Source of the DNA: Octopus vulgaris
Lineage: Eukaryota
Reading direction: 5' to 3'
Assembly: GCA_951406725.2 (NCBI GenBank)
Contig: OX597814.1
Coordinates: 103,912,001-103,976,000, forward strand
DNA length: 64,000 nucleotides
The position numbers and the translations under genes were made by a program. This document shows, piece after piece, positions 1-13,382 of the stretch. How positions within the stretch are numbered: position 1 is the stretch's first letter; each line of letters opens with the position of its first letter. The notes below the pieces were generated by a model that was not told the DNA's origin, ran no database searches, and saw only the letters and a program-made list of their open reading frames with translations.

Positions 1-696
1 CAATAACTAAACTGTGGAAATTGTAGTAAAAATATCAGCAACATCATCATCATCATTTGATGATGATGATGATGATATTTTCACTATAATATATCAATAT
101 TTTTTTAATAGCAATGAAATAATTATGTTTGCTAATTGTTTAAATAAGAAACTGTTTCACACCAGTTTTATTTCTCAACTATCTTTTTCCTTTTGGATCC
201 CTTTCATTCCTATTTTACTCAACTGAACCATCATTACCATTCAATCTTTAAAAAATCCTATTTTTACTATCAAATATTAAGAATTGTATAAAAAATTAAC
301 ATATTTTGTGTATTCTGTTGTGTCTAGGGAGAGTCATTTTCTTTTTGTGCTTTATTATATAACACACTCACTGGTAAAATTTCCACTTTTTTTCTTATTC
401 TTATTTTCCTAATATAAAGAATCTTGCAAACAGAATCCAAAAATGAAATATTTTGTGTATTGTTGACACATAATCAATTTATTGCAGATAAATGTTAATA
501 ACAAAATCTCATATGGACCCCTATAAGGGCCATATGGACCCCGGTTGGGAACCAGTAGTTCACACCTAAATTTTGTTTTGGCAAATTCTGTTCCTAATTA
601 GCAGATATATTAAATGGTATTGAGATTAATATTTGTGATGTGATGGTGTAGTATTTAATATTGTTGAACAATTATTGGCAATAGTTTAAAAGTACT

Positions 697-746
<50 letters not shown>

Positions 747-3441
747 GTTATTATTGTTATTGTTATTATTATTGTTATTATTATTATTGTTATTCATAAT
801 ATATACATTGGGACATTGATATTAAATGTGATGTAATGAATGATTGTGTTTTAAGGCGGCTAGTGTGGGTGGAATCATATTATTGTGTTGAAATGTAGTT
901 AATTATTCTGTTTGTTTTAGTCTGGGTTAATGAGGTCGTTTTTTCTTAGGATGAGAAAGAAAATCATTTGTATGACCTTGTAAATCTATTTCAACTATGT
1001 GCCAACATTCTCTCTGCCTCTTTCTCTCCCTCTCCTCTTTCTCTCCCTCTCCTCTTTCTCTTCCCTCTCTGTCATTTTAGCAATGTCGTTTATCATAGAC
1101 CAATTAGTGAAGTAATTAATATTTAGCTCTGTCATGGATGCAAGGACCAACCAGCTTGGCTGTTTATGTAAATGATATTTCTGTTACAACTGATCTTATG
1201 CTGAAAGTATTTAGTGTTTTTAAAAAATGACAACTTCAAAAGTTAAAGTTAAAAATTATAATTTTAATTTAAAAACTATAACTAAAAATTATAACTAGTT
1301 AGTTAAAAGTATAACTAATGATAAAGGAACAAAAAGTGATAGACAATATATAAAATATATAAAAAAAATATTAAAAAATAACAATAATAAGGATATAAAT
1401 TATATCATTTTCATGATTATATAAAATATGTGTATATGATGATGGTCATACAACTACCACCACCAACTCTATCATGACTTCTGCCGCCTCCCCTCTTTCT
1501 TTCCAATTTTCAATCTCTACTTTTGGAAAATAGTGACATTTTGTTACTCCATCATCTTGGACATGTTGCCTTGATCATTCCCTCTAGCTCCTCAACACCA
1601 TCACATCTCTCTCTCTCTCATATCATTCCATCCCTTATCACTCTCACTAACCCCTAACACTACTCTTTCTCTTTCCCTTTTATTGTTCTCTTCCTTAACT
1701 CTGAATTTTTCAATCAACACCCTCTAGCAACAACAACAACAACACCTTGCCTTACGGTCATCACCCTTTTTTCTTATTCTTTCTGTCCGAAATGAAAGTT
1801 CTTTAGTTTTGCAATTTATAAGGTGACATTACTAGTGCTGGTACCACAAAAAAGGTACTCTGAACACTTTTTGTAAAATGGTAAGCATTAGGAAGAATAT
1901 CCATCTGTAGAAACCATGCCAAAACAGATATCAGAGCTCAGTGCAGTCCTCTGTTTCATTGGATTTTGTCAAAGCATTTAGTCCCTGCCAGCATGCATGA
2001 TGGATGGCCAATAAACGATAATGATTGGTTTTTCATTTGAAGTTATGTAAATCACAGTTTTGCTGTGTCTTTCTGGTGATTTTATTACTCTGTAAAGCTG
2101 AAATGTCTTATGACTTTTATATCTGCAAGTACACATTCATTTAGTTGTCTGCTCATTATAGATTCCTTAAAATATAGAATTTCATAGGTTTCAGCTGTGC
2201 AGAGATTACGAGGCATTTGATTTCCATTAAATGCTCCAGCTTTCATTATTATATTCATATTTTTTGTTGCTGCAATTTAATTTAACTTTTTACTTCAGGG
2301 CCTAAAACTGGATATTATCCCTACAAAAAAATAGTATCTTTTAGTTGCCTTAATTATTTCATTTGTTATTTTTACCCTTATTTTAATCATCATTATTACT
2401 ACATTATTATTTCTTATCAATTTCTGTTTCAATTAGATATATGCATGTGTATGTGCGCATGTGCACAAATATGTATATGTGTGTGTTAATATATCTATAT
2501 ACATACAAACGCTGAAATTATATTTATTACATATTTTCTCTTTTTTCTTTTTAAATTGCAAATTATTTATAGAAAAAGATTCTCCATAAAACCAGGCTCA
2601 ATCCAAATGTCATAACATAATATTCATAACAATATACACACTGGTCAATCTTTACACACATCATCATCATCATCATTGTTTAATGTCTGTTTTCCATGCT
2701 AGCATGGGTTGGACGGGTCTGGCAAGCCAGGAGGCTGCACCAGGTTCCAGTCTGATCTGGCAGTGTTTCTACAGCTGGATGCCCTTCCTAATGCCAACCA
2801 CTCTGTGAGTGTAGTGGGTGCTTTTTACGTGCCACCGGCACAGGGGCCGAAATCATATTTTACTTATTAACTTTATAATTAACATTATATCAAAAAACCA
2901 TGTCATAACAGTTCTCAGTAATACACCTGGTCTCACTGCAATGGCCATATTAGCTGCAGTTTCACTAATTAACTGCTACTTTAATTAAATCTGAAAGAAC
3001 GAGAGGCAAAGTTGACCTTGGCTAGATTTGAACTTAGAATGTAAAGAGCCTGAAAAAAAAAATAGTGCTATAACAATTCCACCATCGAACAATAATGATA
3101 ATGATAGTAGTTGGTATCCAATTTGATGTGCGCTAAATGTTAAGGCTACACCGTGTGAAGAATAATGTGATTAGATTTAGTAATATTGTGTGTTGGTTGT
3201 TGCTGTTGTTGTTGTCAGGTTTGTTGTCTGAACATCAGTGAGTCATGTGACATCAAAAGAGAGATCAGCAGAAATTGGTGAAACATCAACTAAATAAAAA
3301 CAGGATATGAAATGATATGTTGGTGAAGCAGTTCTTTCTTCTACCCCCTCACCCACCACCACCACCACCCACTCCTAGAGCCTTTAATTACTTCAATTAT
3401 TAGTTATTTTCTCATCATTTTATACACATGCTTCCCTACAT

Positions 3442-3482
<41 letters not shown>

Positions 3483-3988
3483 CATTTTATAAATGCAATA
3501 ACAAATTGGCTAGTAATAGTTTCATGCTTTAGTGATACAATAATTTGGCAGATTTATATAACATGCCCTGTATCTCCTAGCAATCTTTCTTGCACAGTTC
3601 ATAAAGTTTGATATATTTAAAAACCAGGATATTGGTCTATGAGAGAAAAAAAAAAAGAAGGAAATTGAGGCAAAAAGTGGAATGAGAAGAAAGAAATCTC
3701 CCAATTTATGGTGCCTCTAAAGCATGAAACCATTAGCAGCTCTTTTGTAAATTGTGTCTATTAAATAATATTTATCTCTCACTGGATGGAATACTTGTTT
3801 TGTTGATCCTACTTGTAATGGAACAATAAACTATGCATACATACATAAAACAAACAAACAAACCCTGTTGTTGATGTTGAAATTCCAATGAAGGAACCTT
3901 GAATCTAAGTTAGAAACTGGTTCTTTCTCTATTGGTAAGAAATCTTGAAATAAACTGAATAATGACATTCATCATCATATATATGTGT

Positions 3989-4282
3989 GGAGGTGCAATG
4001 GCACAGTGGTTTGGGCAGTGGACTCATGGTTGTAGGATCGCGGTTTCAATTCCTAGAATGGGCATTGAGTGAAAACACCTAAAACTCCATGAGGCTCCGG
4101 CAGGCGGGGTGGCAATCCCTGCTGTACTCTTTCGCCGCAACTTTCTCTCACTCTTTCTTCTGTTGGCCTGCTCACTTAGCCAGCGGGGTGGTGTCATTTG
4201 AAGGCTAAAACGGTGCGAAGTGCATTGTGACCAGCGATATATAACATCTGATAGCCTGGTCGGTCATGGTGATCATGGTGAT
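3989..4282 (+). mobile_element. tRNA-derived SINE, family C (second copy 51150-51452, minus strand)
   Basis: tRNA-like head; near-collinear reverse-complement copy at 51.2 kb. Confidence 0.75.
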
Positions 4283-4613
4283 ATATATATATATATATAT
4301 ATATATACTCGTTTTAATGTTCGCTTTTTCATTCTTGTATGGGTTGGGTAATTTTATTGAGGCAGATTTTTCTACAAGCTGGATGCCCTTCCTGTCACCA
4401 ATCCTCACCAGTTTCCAAGCAAGGTTATATTTCCCCATGGCCAGACATGTTTTTATGGAAGATTGGAAATGAACACCACTTGCATTTATAATTGTCACCA
4501 TGTCAAAATAAGGGGACTGTAACACACACATGAACATATATATATAAGAATTTTTTGCGTAATAAGATAAAAAACCAAGGCTGTATAGATATTAGAGCAT
4601 TTATAGAGAGAAG

Positions 4614-4665
4614 GTCTTACAGCTGTTTCTAGGATATTAATTAATAATATCCCTTCATTGGAGAC
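4614..4665 (-). ncRNA. Degenerate hammerhead motif (core CCAATGA)
   Basis: Reverse complement reads GTCT-CCAATGA-AGGGATATT..AATATCCTA-GAAA-CAGCTG-TA-AGAC. Confidence 0.5.
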
Positions 4666-4700
4666 GGTGTGAGAAGAAAAATTAAGTCATAGTTACTTTT

Positions 4701-4734
<34 letters not shown>

Positions 4735-5457
4735 GACTCAGAAGTGGCTTATTTCACTTTCCATTAACCAGATTCATTCTTAAGGTTTGGCTGGCCTAGG
4801 GCTCCAATGAAAGGCATTTGTCCAAGGTGCCATGCAGTGGGACCGAACCCAAAACAGTGTGGTTGGTAAGCAAACTTCTGAACCACAGAGACACACCTGG
4901 ACCTATTTTACACACAGAGAACTATACATGGTTGTTTGATGAAGAAGTTTGCTGCCTGACAACCACCTGGTCTCAGGTTCAGTCGTACTGTGAGGCACCT
5001 TGGTCAACTGTCTCCTGCTCTGGCCATAAGCTGACTCATGTTCTGTGGGAGAATTTACTAGATGGCAACCGAAAGCAAGTCACCAGATGCCTACTCATCC
5101 AGGAACATCACCAATGGCTCACTTCCAGCCATGCCACTCTCTACTAGACTCAGATTCCCTCACTGTCACCTTTCAACTTCTACACCCCAGCACTTAGGAA
5201 AAAAATGAAAGATACTGGAGAGAGTTACTTTAGAGTTGTAGTCTGAAATATAAAGATGGGAAGGTCATGACTAGAAAGCTTTTCATCATAAGTCTACACT
5301 ATTAAGATTGACTTAGAGCTAAATAACCACAGGTCTATTCTGTCAGGACTGAGTTTGAGCTACACAAGAACATATCCATTAATAAATCTCTTTAGAGAAT
5401 TTGATCACCATGGCAATTAGTTTGTTTTGATGTTGGGCCCCAGGCAGTAGAGTATCC

Positions 5458-5740
5458 CCAAAGACAGTAGATTGTCCCCAAAGACAGCAGACCGTCTCCA
5501 AAGACAGCTGACCACCTCCAAAGATGGCAGACCATCTCCAAAGACAGCCAACCGTCTCCAAAGACAGCAGACCGTCTCCAAAGACAGCCAACCATCTCCA
5601 AAGATGGCAGACCATCTCCAAAGACAGCCAACCGTCTCCAAAGACAGCAGACCGTCTCCAAAGACAGCCAACCATCTCCAAGGACGGCAGACTGTCTCCA
5701 AAGACAGCAGACTGTCTCCAAAGACAGCAGTGTCTCCAAA
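5458..5740. repeat. 20-bp minisatellite, ~14 units (CCAAAGACAGCAGACCGTCT)
   Basis: Directly visible tandem units; units 4-7 are repeated as units 8-11 (80-bp higher-order repeat). Confidence 0.95.
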
Positions 5741-6526
5741 CACAACCCCATGGCTGGCATTACTGCTCAGATGTTAGTTTGTCTCAGAATCAACATGAGC
5801 GATGGGAACAGATCCAGGCTGTTGGGTCAAGTAGTTTTGGCAAAATGGTCACTGGATTAGATAACTCTTTTAAAATTTTGCTCAATACCAGCAAATTTTC
5901 AGAGATGGATGAGTCAGTTTCATCAACCCCACTTTTCAAGTGAAACTCTTTTATTGACCCTGAATTGATGGAAAGCCAAGCCAACCATGGCTGCATTTGA
6001 ACTCAGAACATAAAGCTGGAAGAAATGCTGCTAAGCATTTTGTCCAAGGCTCTAACTGTTCTGCCTGCTCCCCTCCTTACCTGATTAGATAATTAATAAC
6101 TAATTAGATAGCTTAAGGATTTCAGTAAAATCCTACTAACACAATGAGGGTTGGGGTGGGCAGGTTGTATGGTACCAAACTTTGGGAAAACCCAGGTGAA
6201 ATAAACAGAAAACATCATTGCTCTTGGAGTAGTAGTAAGTTCTTGTATTCTTCCTCGTTAGCTGCATATCAGTCACATAATTAGTTTGCAATTAATATTC
6301 TATTGAAACATCTATAAATCAAACTGTTTTTATCTTCTTTAGTTTCATTCTCATTCTGATATTTTGTATTGGTTTTATAATTTCTTGTTCTTTTAAAGAG
6401 AGATCAACAAACTTGATTAGTTGTCTGTGGAAGTGAATCAAGCTTTAATCAATATCCTCAGTGTTAATTAGATGGAGCACAATTCGATCTTCTCAGCACT
6501 GCATTATCACTATATACAGGCACATA

Positions 6527-6720
6527 CTGTATTTGACAGCTTTAAAGATGCACACAGGTATTAGATGCACCCCAATTTCTCCACTGCATATTAATGGAAA
6601 ATAAGGTTTTAGTGATTTAAAGCATGTTGTATTTAAAGCAACTTCACATATGACAAGGGGTGATTTTATAAGACTTTTGGGGAGGGGGGAAACAAGTTTC
6701 TTATACACCATCGAATACAG
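6527..6720. mobile_element. pogo/Tigger-like MITE
   Basis: Imperfect TIRs CTGTATTTGACAGCTTTAAAGA / TCTTATACACCATCGAATACAG; TA at the 5' side. Confidence 0.5.
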
Positions 6721-6760
6721 TTTCTCTCTCTCTTCCTCCCTCTCATATATATATATATAT

Positions 6761-6856
<96 letters not shown>

Positions 6857-7022
6857 GTTGTATACTGTCAATCTAACACGAACGTGACAGTAGTGGGGTA
6901 CACCACCGCTATATAGCCCTAGGAAGCATCGACGCCTCCTGATGGCTTTGACACATTTTTCCTGTGTCCTTATATACATTTACGAAGGGGAGACAAACAC
7001 CCCCGGCCGCCGGAGCTGCATC

Positions 7023-7063
7023 TAGGGACACGTGTTTCAGAATCATTGTCCTTCATCGGCCTA
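7023..7063 (-). ncRNA. Degenerate hammerhead motif (core CCGATGA)
   Basis: Reverse complement reads TAGG-CCGATGA-AGGA..TTCT-GAAA-CACGTG-TC-CCTA. Confidence 0.6.
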
Positions 7064-7147
7064 CATATATATAGATATATAGAGTCACCATGATAGATCA
7101 GTACGCACTACACATATTTTTTTTCTCTCCTTGTTTTTTCTGTGTCC

Positions 7148-7183
7148 CTTTCTGGAGAAGAGTGTAGGCTCGAAACGTAAAAG
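7148..7183 (+). ncRNA. Very compact hammerhead-like motif (core variant CTGGAGA)
   Basis: CTTT-CTGGAGA-A-GAGT(GTAG)GCTC-GAAA-CG-TA-AAAG; all three stems pair, A6 position altered. Confidence 0.6.
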
Positions 7184-7270
7184 ACTTTTTCTATTCCTGA
7201 GTGTTATACTAATACATCTGTTTGTTTTGTACACAACCTGTTTTCGTCTTGTGTTTTTTTCGTGAACTCT

Positions 7271-7372
<102 letters not shown>

Positions 7373-7783
7373 GGAGAAAGAGACAGAGAGAGACATCATC
7401 TTTGTCGTAATCATCATTAAATTTCCTTTTTCCATGCTGGCATGGGTTGAACAGTTTGACAGGAGCTGGTAGGACTGGGAACCAACCAGGCTTCATTGTC
7501 TGTTTTGGCATGGTTTCTGCATTTCTACAGCTTGATGCCCTTCATAATGCCAACTGCTTTACAGAGTGTACTGGGTGCTTTTTACATGGCACAAGCATAT
7601 AGTCTTCATCATTGTTTAACATCTGTTTTCCATGCTGGCATGAGTTGGCCAGTTTGACAGGAGCTGGCCAACTGGAGAGGTATCCAGGCTTCAAGTGTCT
7701 TATTTGACTTGGGTTTCTATGACTGGATGCCCTTCCTAATGCCAACCACTTTACAGTGTGTTCTGGGTGCTTTTACATATTCC

Positions 7784-8320
7784 ATAAAAAAGTGTTTTTC
7801 CTTTTATATTGCAGTGAATTAATTCCAAAGTATATTATTGAAGTGAAATGATTTCAAAATAGAATAAGATGTATTAAAAAACTATTATCGTAATCAAATT
7901 ATTTCAAAAGACATTATTACATATTCTAAAATATCAAATGATTATTCAAAATACATTAGTAGCCTTAAATGAAGGCTAGTAACAAGGCATTACAAGTGTG
8001 CATTGCAATGAATATCTTCTGTACAAAGTGAAACCGGTTTGAAATTATGTTACTTAGATGTATTTTGTAACTATAAACTTTGAAGAATTTAATAAGGTAT
8101 TTTGAAATGATTTTAATGTACTTTGGAATTCGTAATCTTGAAATGATTTGAGTGTAGTAATGTATTTTGGATATGATGTTTCATCTCGTAATATCTCTTA
8201 AAATAGTTTGATTGTGATGATCAGTTTTTCAGTGCATATTATTCTATTTTGAAATGATTTGACTGTAATAATATATCTGGAATTAAATCATTGCAATATA
8301 AAAGGAAAAACACATTTTAT
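7784..8320. mobile_element. Old AT-rich fold-back element (~180-bp diverged inverted arms)
   Basis: ATAAAAAAGTGTTTTTCCTTTTATATTGCA... vs ...TGCAATATAAAAGGAAAAACACATTTTAT. Confidence 0.6.
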
Positions 8321-9562
8321 TATTATTATTTTTTCATATCTCCTGACTTGTGTGCAAACGTTTTTGACGTGTGTGTGTTGTACAGTAATGTAAACTGGTA
8401 ACATTTGAAATTTCATAAACCATATTGTTATAAATAACTTCATTAATCACGACCCTGAGAAAACAAATATAGTTATTGTTGTTTAAGATAATTCAATCAC
8501 TTATTCTTCTATATTTCTATCTTCATTTTCATTAAGAGTTTTTTTTTTTTAATGTGATAGTTTTGTTTGTTTGTTTTATTATAGTATTTTTGTAATATTC
8601 TCTTAATTAGAGACTTGGGGGCGGGTTTATTATATAATCATTGACAAAAAACAAACTTTTTTCCCATCCCATTAATCCAATAAACCCAAATATGACTGCT
8701 TTGTTGACCTAAATCAATCCTTCAATTTAGTGAAATACAAACCTAATGGATAGGGGGGTGGGATCCTACCCTTTAAAGTTTAAGGTTCAAATTACTACCT
8801 CATATTGTGAAGTCCTTCCCCACATTTTATTTTCCTCCTTTTTTTTGTTTTCTTTAATTTCATTTTATTGCAAAGTAATAAACAAATTTTGTCCTGTTGA
8901 AACCAACTTTTTGTCAACACTTTCCCTTTACTCTTAACCTAGTTTCTCAACTCCACCATTGGCTGGCCTAGTGGAGAATTTAAACTACAGGATCTGTTTT
9001 CCATATACATCTCTGTAGATACTGGCATCTTTTGTATATTCCATATAAGGAAAACTTAGAATTTATTAGAGAAAAATAATTTGGTCAGTTTGTAACTGAT
9101 ACCAAGATCCGTTTTATTTCAGTGAAATAGATAATGGTTTATATTTTCAATTATTTATTCCAAAATGTCCAATATGGTTTCTTTCAGCATTTACAAAAAC
9201 CAAAAACTGATTAAATATATTAATCTCGAGATTAGTGATAATCTTATTCCTTAATCCTTTCGTGACTGCTCTTGGTGCTAGGATACCAATTTCATGCTTG
9301 AAAGTGAAAGAATTTAAAACCTTTCTTCCAATTTTTATTTAGATTTATGTTCCAGGCAATGAGTTGGCAGAATTGTTAAGAGTATCTGAAAAAATGTTTT
9401 CCAGTATTTCTTTGTCTTATGTTTTGAGATCAAATCCTGCTGAGGTTAGCTTCACCTTTCATCCTTTCAGGAGCTCAACATGATCAACTCACCCCCTCCC
9501 TTAGGATTGCTGGCCCCATGTCAAAATTAGAAAGAAAATATATGTTCCAAATATCAATTTAG

Positions 9563-9774
9563 CCCTTTTGATGCCAACCTGCCTGAAACTGCCTCTCCCT
9601 CTGTAGTACAAATGTCTTGTTTTCAAAAATTCTGAATTAAAATCTTCCACCAAACCTTAGTCCCAATTTATGTTTCTAACACTAGCTGAATGATAACGGA
9701 AGTTATTTTACTAAATTCTTTGTCATATTTAAAATTAATTGAAAGAAACAGAAAATCTTATGGTAACGAAAGGG
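9563..9774. mobile_element. piggyBac-type MITE nested in an older copy of the same family (~9255-9985)
   Basis: CCCTTTTGATGCCA ... TGGTAACGAAAGGG|TTAA; left flank TTAG. Confidence 0.6.
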
Positions 9775-9835
9775 TTAATAATGACAGTTATTGTTAATTC
9801 TTCATTATCTTCAAAATTAATTGAAATGAAGGCAG

Positions 9836-9889
<54 letters not shown>

Positions 9890-10691
9890 TAGTCTTCTGG
9901 TCCTGACTTTGTATGATACTTGTAAAGCAATTGTCATTGCCTTACAACATATTTCAACAGAAACATAATGAGAAAATCGGTAAGTTATGTATTTCATATT
10001 CTATGATAATTTAAAATTTTGGCCGATGGTGGGGGTGGGGAGTAAGCCGATTACAGCCACTCCAGGGTTTGAGTGCTCCTTATACTATCAACCCTGAAAG
10101 GCAAGGTCAACCTAAGCAGAATTTGAACTCACTGTAAAGACGGGGGAAATGCCAACAGATCTGCCAGCTTGTGACCTAATCTTCTATTTAATAAAAGAGG
10201 GATGTGAACAAAGCTTGGACTTCTTAAAAATGACCGTTGTGTGAAGATTTCAACAGAAACTCATACATGGAGCATGCATGATTGTACGTGTTAAAATTGA
10301 AACCTCCTTCTCCATTCTTCTAATTTCTGCTGTATATACCCTGTCGTGTATAGATTTAGAACAAGCAGGCTTCATAACATCAAATTATCCTCTTCAGTTG
10401 TTGATTCTCTCTCGCAGCACTGACCACTGGCAAAACAGCCACCAGTTGGTTTGTTAGACTCCTGTCAAAAATATCAAACTTTCTCTCTCTCGAATTTTTG
10501 TATCATCATCATCACCATTGTTTTACTATCCATTTTTCCATGCTTGCATGGTATTTGTTGAGGAATATTTTCTACCTCCAGATACCGTCTTGTCACCTAT
10601 TGTCACCTGTCTCCAGGAACACTGGAAACGAAGGACATTGACACTCACTCTACAACTATCACACAATGTCAAGACAAGAACACACAAACAC

Positions 10692-10749
<58 letters not shown>

Positions 10750-10930
10750 GTGTGTGTATGTGTGTGTATATCATCATCATCGTTTAACGTCTGCTTTCCA
10801 TGTTAGCATGGGTTGGACAATTTGACTGAGGACTGGTGAACCAGATGGCTGCACCAAGTTCCAGGCAAGGTCTCTACTGCTGGATGCCCTTCCTAATGCC
10901 AACCACTCTGAGTGTGTAGTGGGTGCTTTT

Positions 10931-10974
<44 letters not shown>

Positions 10975-11300
10975 AATTAAGTAATGGAAAGATGGATTTG
11001 GTATCAAACTTTATTCTGTACAACATTCATTTCAACCCATCTTGCTATTGTCCTTTCTGTGGTGAACTCCATTCAACATGTTGTATTGCATTGATTTTGC
11101 AGTCTGGCTCTCATCAGGTACATTGATAAAGTTGTACCTCACTAAAGATCTTGAGGGCTGGCTGCCATGTTGCTATATGCCCATCTAGTTAGGGAATGAA
11201 TAATCGACTTATACCCATTAGTCCAAAATATTAATTATATATCTGTGTCTGTGTGTGTATATATCTGTAAATATAATATGTGACAATTATTCGGTAGCCA

Positions 11301-11363
11301 TGATAAAACTCTGAGTTTCGGATGTTGGGGAGGAAACCCACGCTGGCATCTCTTCAGTTATCA
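11301..11363 (-). ncRNA. Minimal type-I hammerhead ribozyme motif (opposite arm of the palindrome)
   Basis: Reverse complement reads TGATAA-CTGAAGA-GATG...CATCC-GAAA-CTCAGAG-TT-TTATCA. Confidence 0.8.
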
Positions 11364-11553
11364 GACCATCGAAAAAAATGCTATGCAAATGACCATTAAA
11401 ACAAAGGGAAATTACTGTTATTAAAACAAGAGCTATTAGAATGACCCTTACTTAGCGGTCATTCTAATAGCTCTTTTGTCTTAATAACGCTCAATCACCC
11501 AGTAATTTACCTTTGTTTCAACGGTCATTTCCATAGCATTTTTTTCGATGGCC

Positions 11554-11616
11554 TGATAACTGAAGAGATGCCAGCATGGGTTTCCGCCCCAACATCCGAA
11601 ACTCGGAGTTTTATCG
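11554..11616 (+). ncRNA. Minimal type-I hammerhead ribozyme motif
   Basis: Stem I TGATAA/TTATCG, core CTGAAGA, stem II GATG..CATC, GAAA, stem III ACTC/GAGT, GUU cleavage triplet. Confidence 0.8.
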
Positions 11617-11776
11617 TGGCTACTGAATAATTGTCACATATAACATTTACAGATAAATTCCTCTATTTACATAATATCAAGGTCTCTTTCATTCTTTTGT
11701 TGTCTTACCATTTCTATCAATATATGTGTGTGTGTGTGTATAGGTGTATGTGTGTGTATATATATGTGTATGTAAA

Positions 11777-12233
11777 CAATAAATTAAATAGAGACATACA
11801 ATTGACAATCTAATAATTTATTTATATTATAACATAACATAACATAACATACAATGAATATAATGTAATATAATATAATATAAAATAAACAATTATGAAA
11901 AAGCAAACAGTTACTTTTGACTTATATACATTTTTTGATACATAAACAATTCAATTCACTTATATAAGTCTCATCAGAGCCAATGGTTTAATGAAGTTCC
12001 TTGTGAAAGGATGGCTGGATTGTAAAAAAATTAATTCAAATGCCAATATGGTTTTTTGCTGGTATAATGGAGAAATTACCTGTTGACATCTCATTGAAAG
12101 ACATTCTGGTCCCACCCAGGAAGGATTTTATGAAAAATCTTATTACTTAGTTATATTATATTCATAGTATATTATGTTATATTATAATATAAATAAATTA
12201 TTGGATTGTCAATTGTATCTCTCTAATTTATTG
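11777..12233. mobile_element. Fold-back element (~90-bp inverted arms) with a minus-strand hammerhead-core remnant near 11955-11978
   Basis: ATACAATTGACAATCTAATAATTTATTTATATTAT vs ATAATATAAATAAATTATTGGATTGTCAATTGTAT. Confidence 0.55.
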
Positions 12234-12367
12234 TCAGTAATTTGCATTACACCCATATTTCTGTGGCATTCAACTGACTTGCACCAGTGAATTGGATGTT
12301 TTACACACCTCTTTCAAGGAAGTCTTTTTTTCAGTTTGTTACTTTATATGATGTTGATGATGATGAC

Positions 12368-12407
<40 letters not shown>

Positions 12408-13382
12408 ATGTGTTTGTATATGTCTATATACGTATGTGTGACCTTTTGTTTATGATAGTTTTGTGTCGTTGTATAGGTGGCCCTGTGTATAACCTCTAAC
12501 GATGCATAGCCTTTCCCAAATTTGGCATTCTTTAAGGACCCAGGAACTACTTTCACACATCTATGATGGCTAAAACATATTGTTTGTAGGGAATTATTGT
12601 TTCTTTCTGTTGACCAAATTAGACACTTGCGATTGCTCTTTGTATGTTTGTGTGTTGTTTTCATGTCTTTACTTTCTTCTCTGTGTGCCAAAGATATTGT
12701 AGAGGTTTTGTATATCATCATCATCTTCATTAGTACTATCATCATTGTCATCACCAGCACCATCATCATTGTTATTATCATCATCTTCATTAACACCACC
12801 ACCATCATCGTGTGTGTGCATGCGTGTATGCATGTGTGTGTGTGTGTGTGCATATGTATTGTCATTTATTTATTATGTTAATCTAGTTAAGAATTAGTAA
12901 TTTCTTAAGGATTTTCTGATGGGAGATCAGGTGAAATTATTGATCTCCATAATTTTTAATTCAATTTAAGAACAAAATAGGATTTAGCAAAGAATTCCAT
13001 CGCCTGTGATCTTGATTCTAATCTGTTCTAAATTGAGGGTTTCGGATTAAAACAGGATCATAATTGACTTCTTTTGTTTAGAATTAGTTAGATTATTAAA
13101 CTAAAGCTTTCCACTGTGAAGTGGTGGCTTAGCTTCATTTTAGTGAGTGGTGGTGGGGGGGTAAGTGATGAAGTAAAGTTAATCCTTCTTAATATCATTA
13201 GTGATGGAGTACAGTGAAGATATATCACCATCATTCGTTAATTACACTAATTACTTCGTTTATCCTTTTATAGTTTCACATCAGTTTCTGTCGGTGTCCA
13301 TTTTTTTTTTTTTTTTCATTTCAGTTCTCAACACTTCATGAAATCATTTTCAGGAAATTGTCATTTCATTTCACAACACTCA

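Larger units (their letters stand above)
11262..11710. mobile_element. Palindromic (fold-back) non-autonomous Penelope-like element with a hammerhead in each arm
   Basis: Arms ~11262-11446 and 11457-11655 are inverted copies; unique ~55-nt extension after the right arm; flanked by TA/TG microsatellites. Confidence 0.7.

Noticed and set aside
5379-5943. Five overlapping 100-139 aa ORFs; CRISPR-like look
   Set aside because: Produced by a stop-free 20-bp minisatellite; no unique spacers, no cas genes, eukaryotic context.
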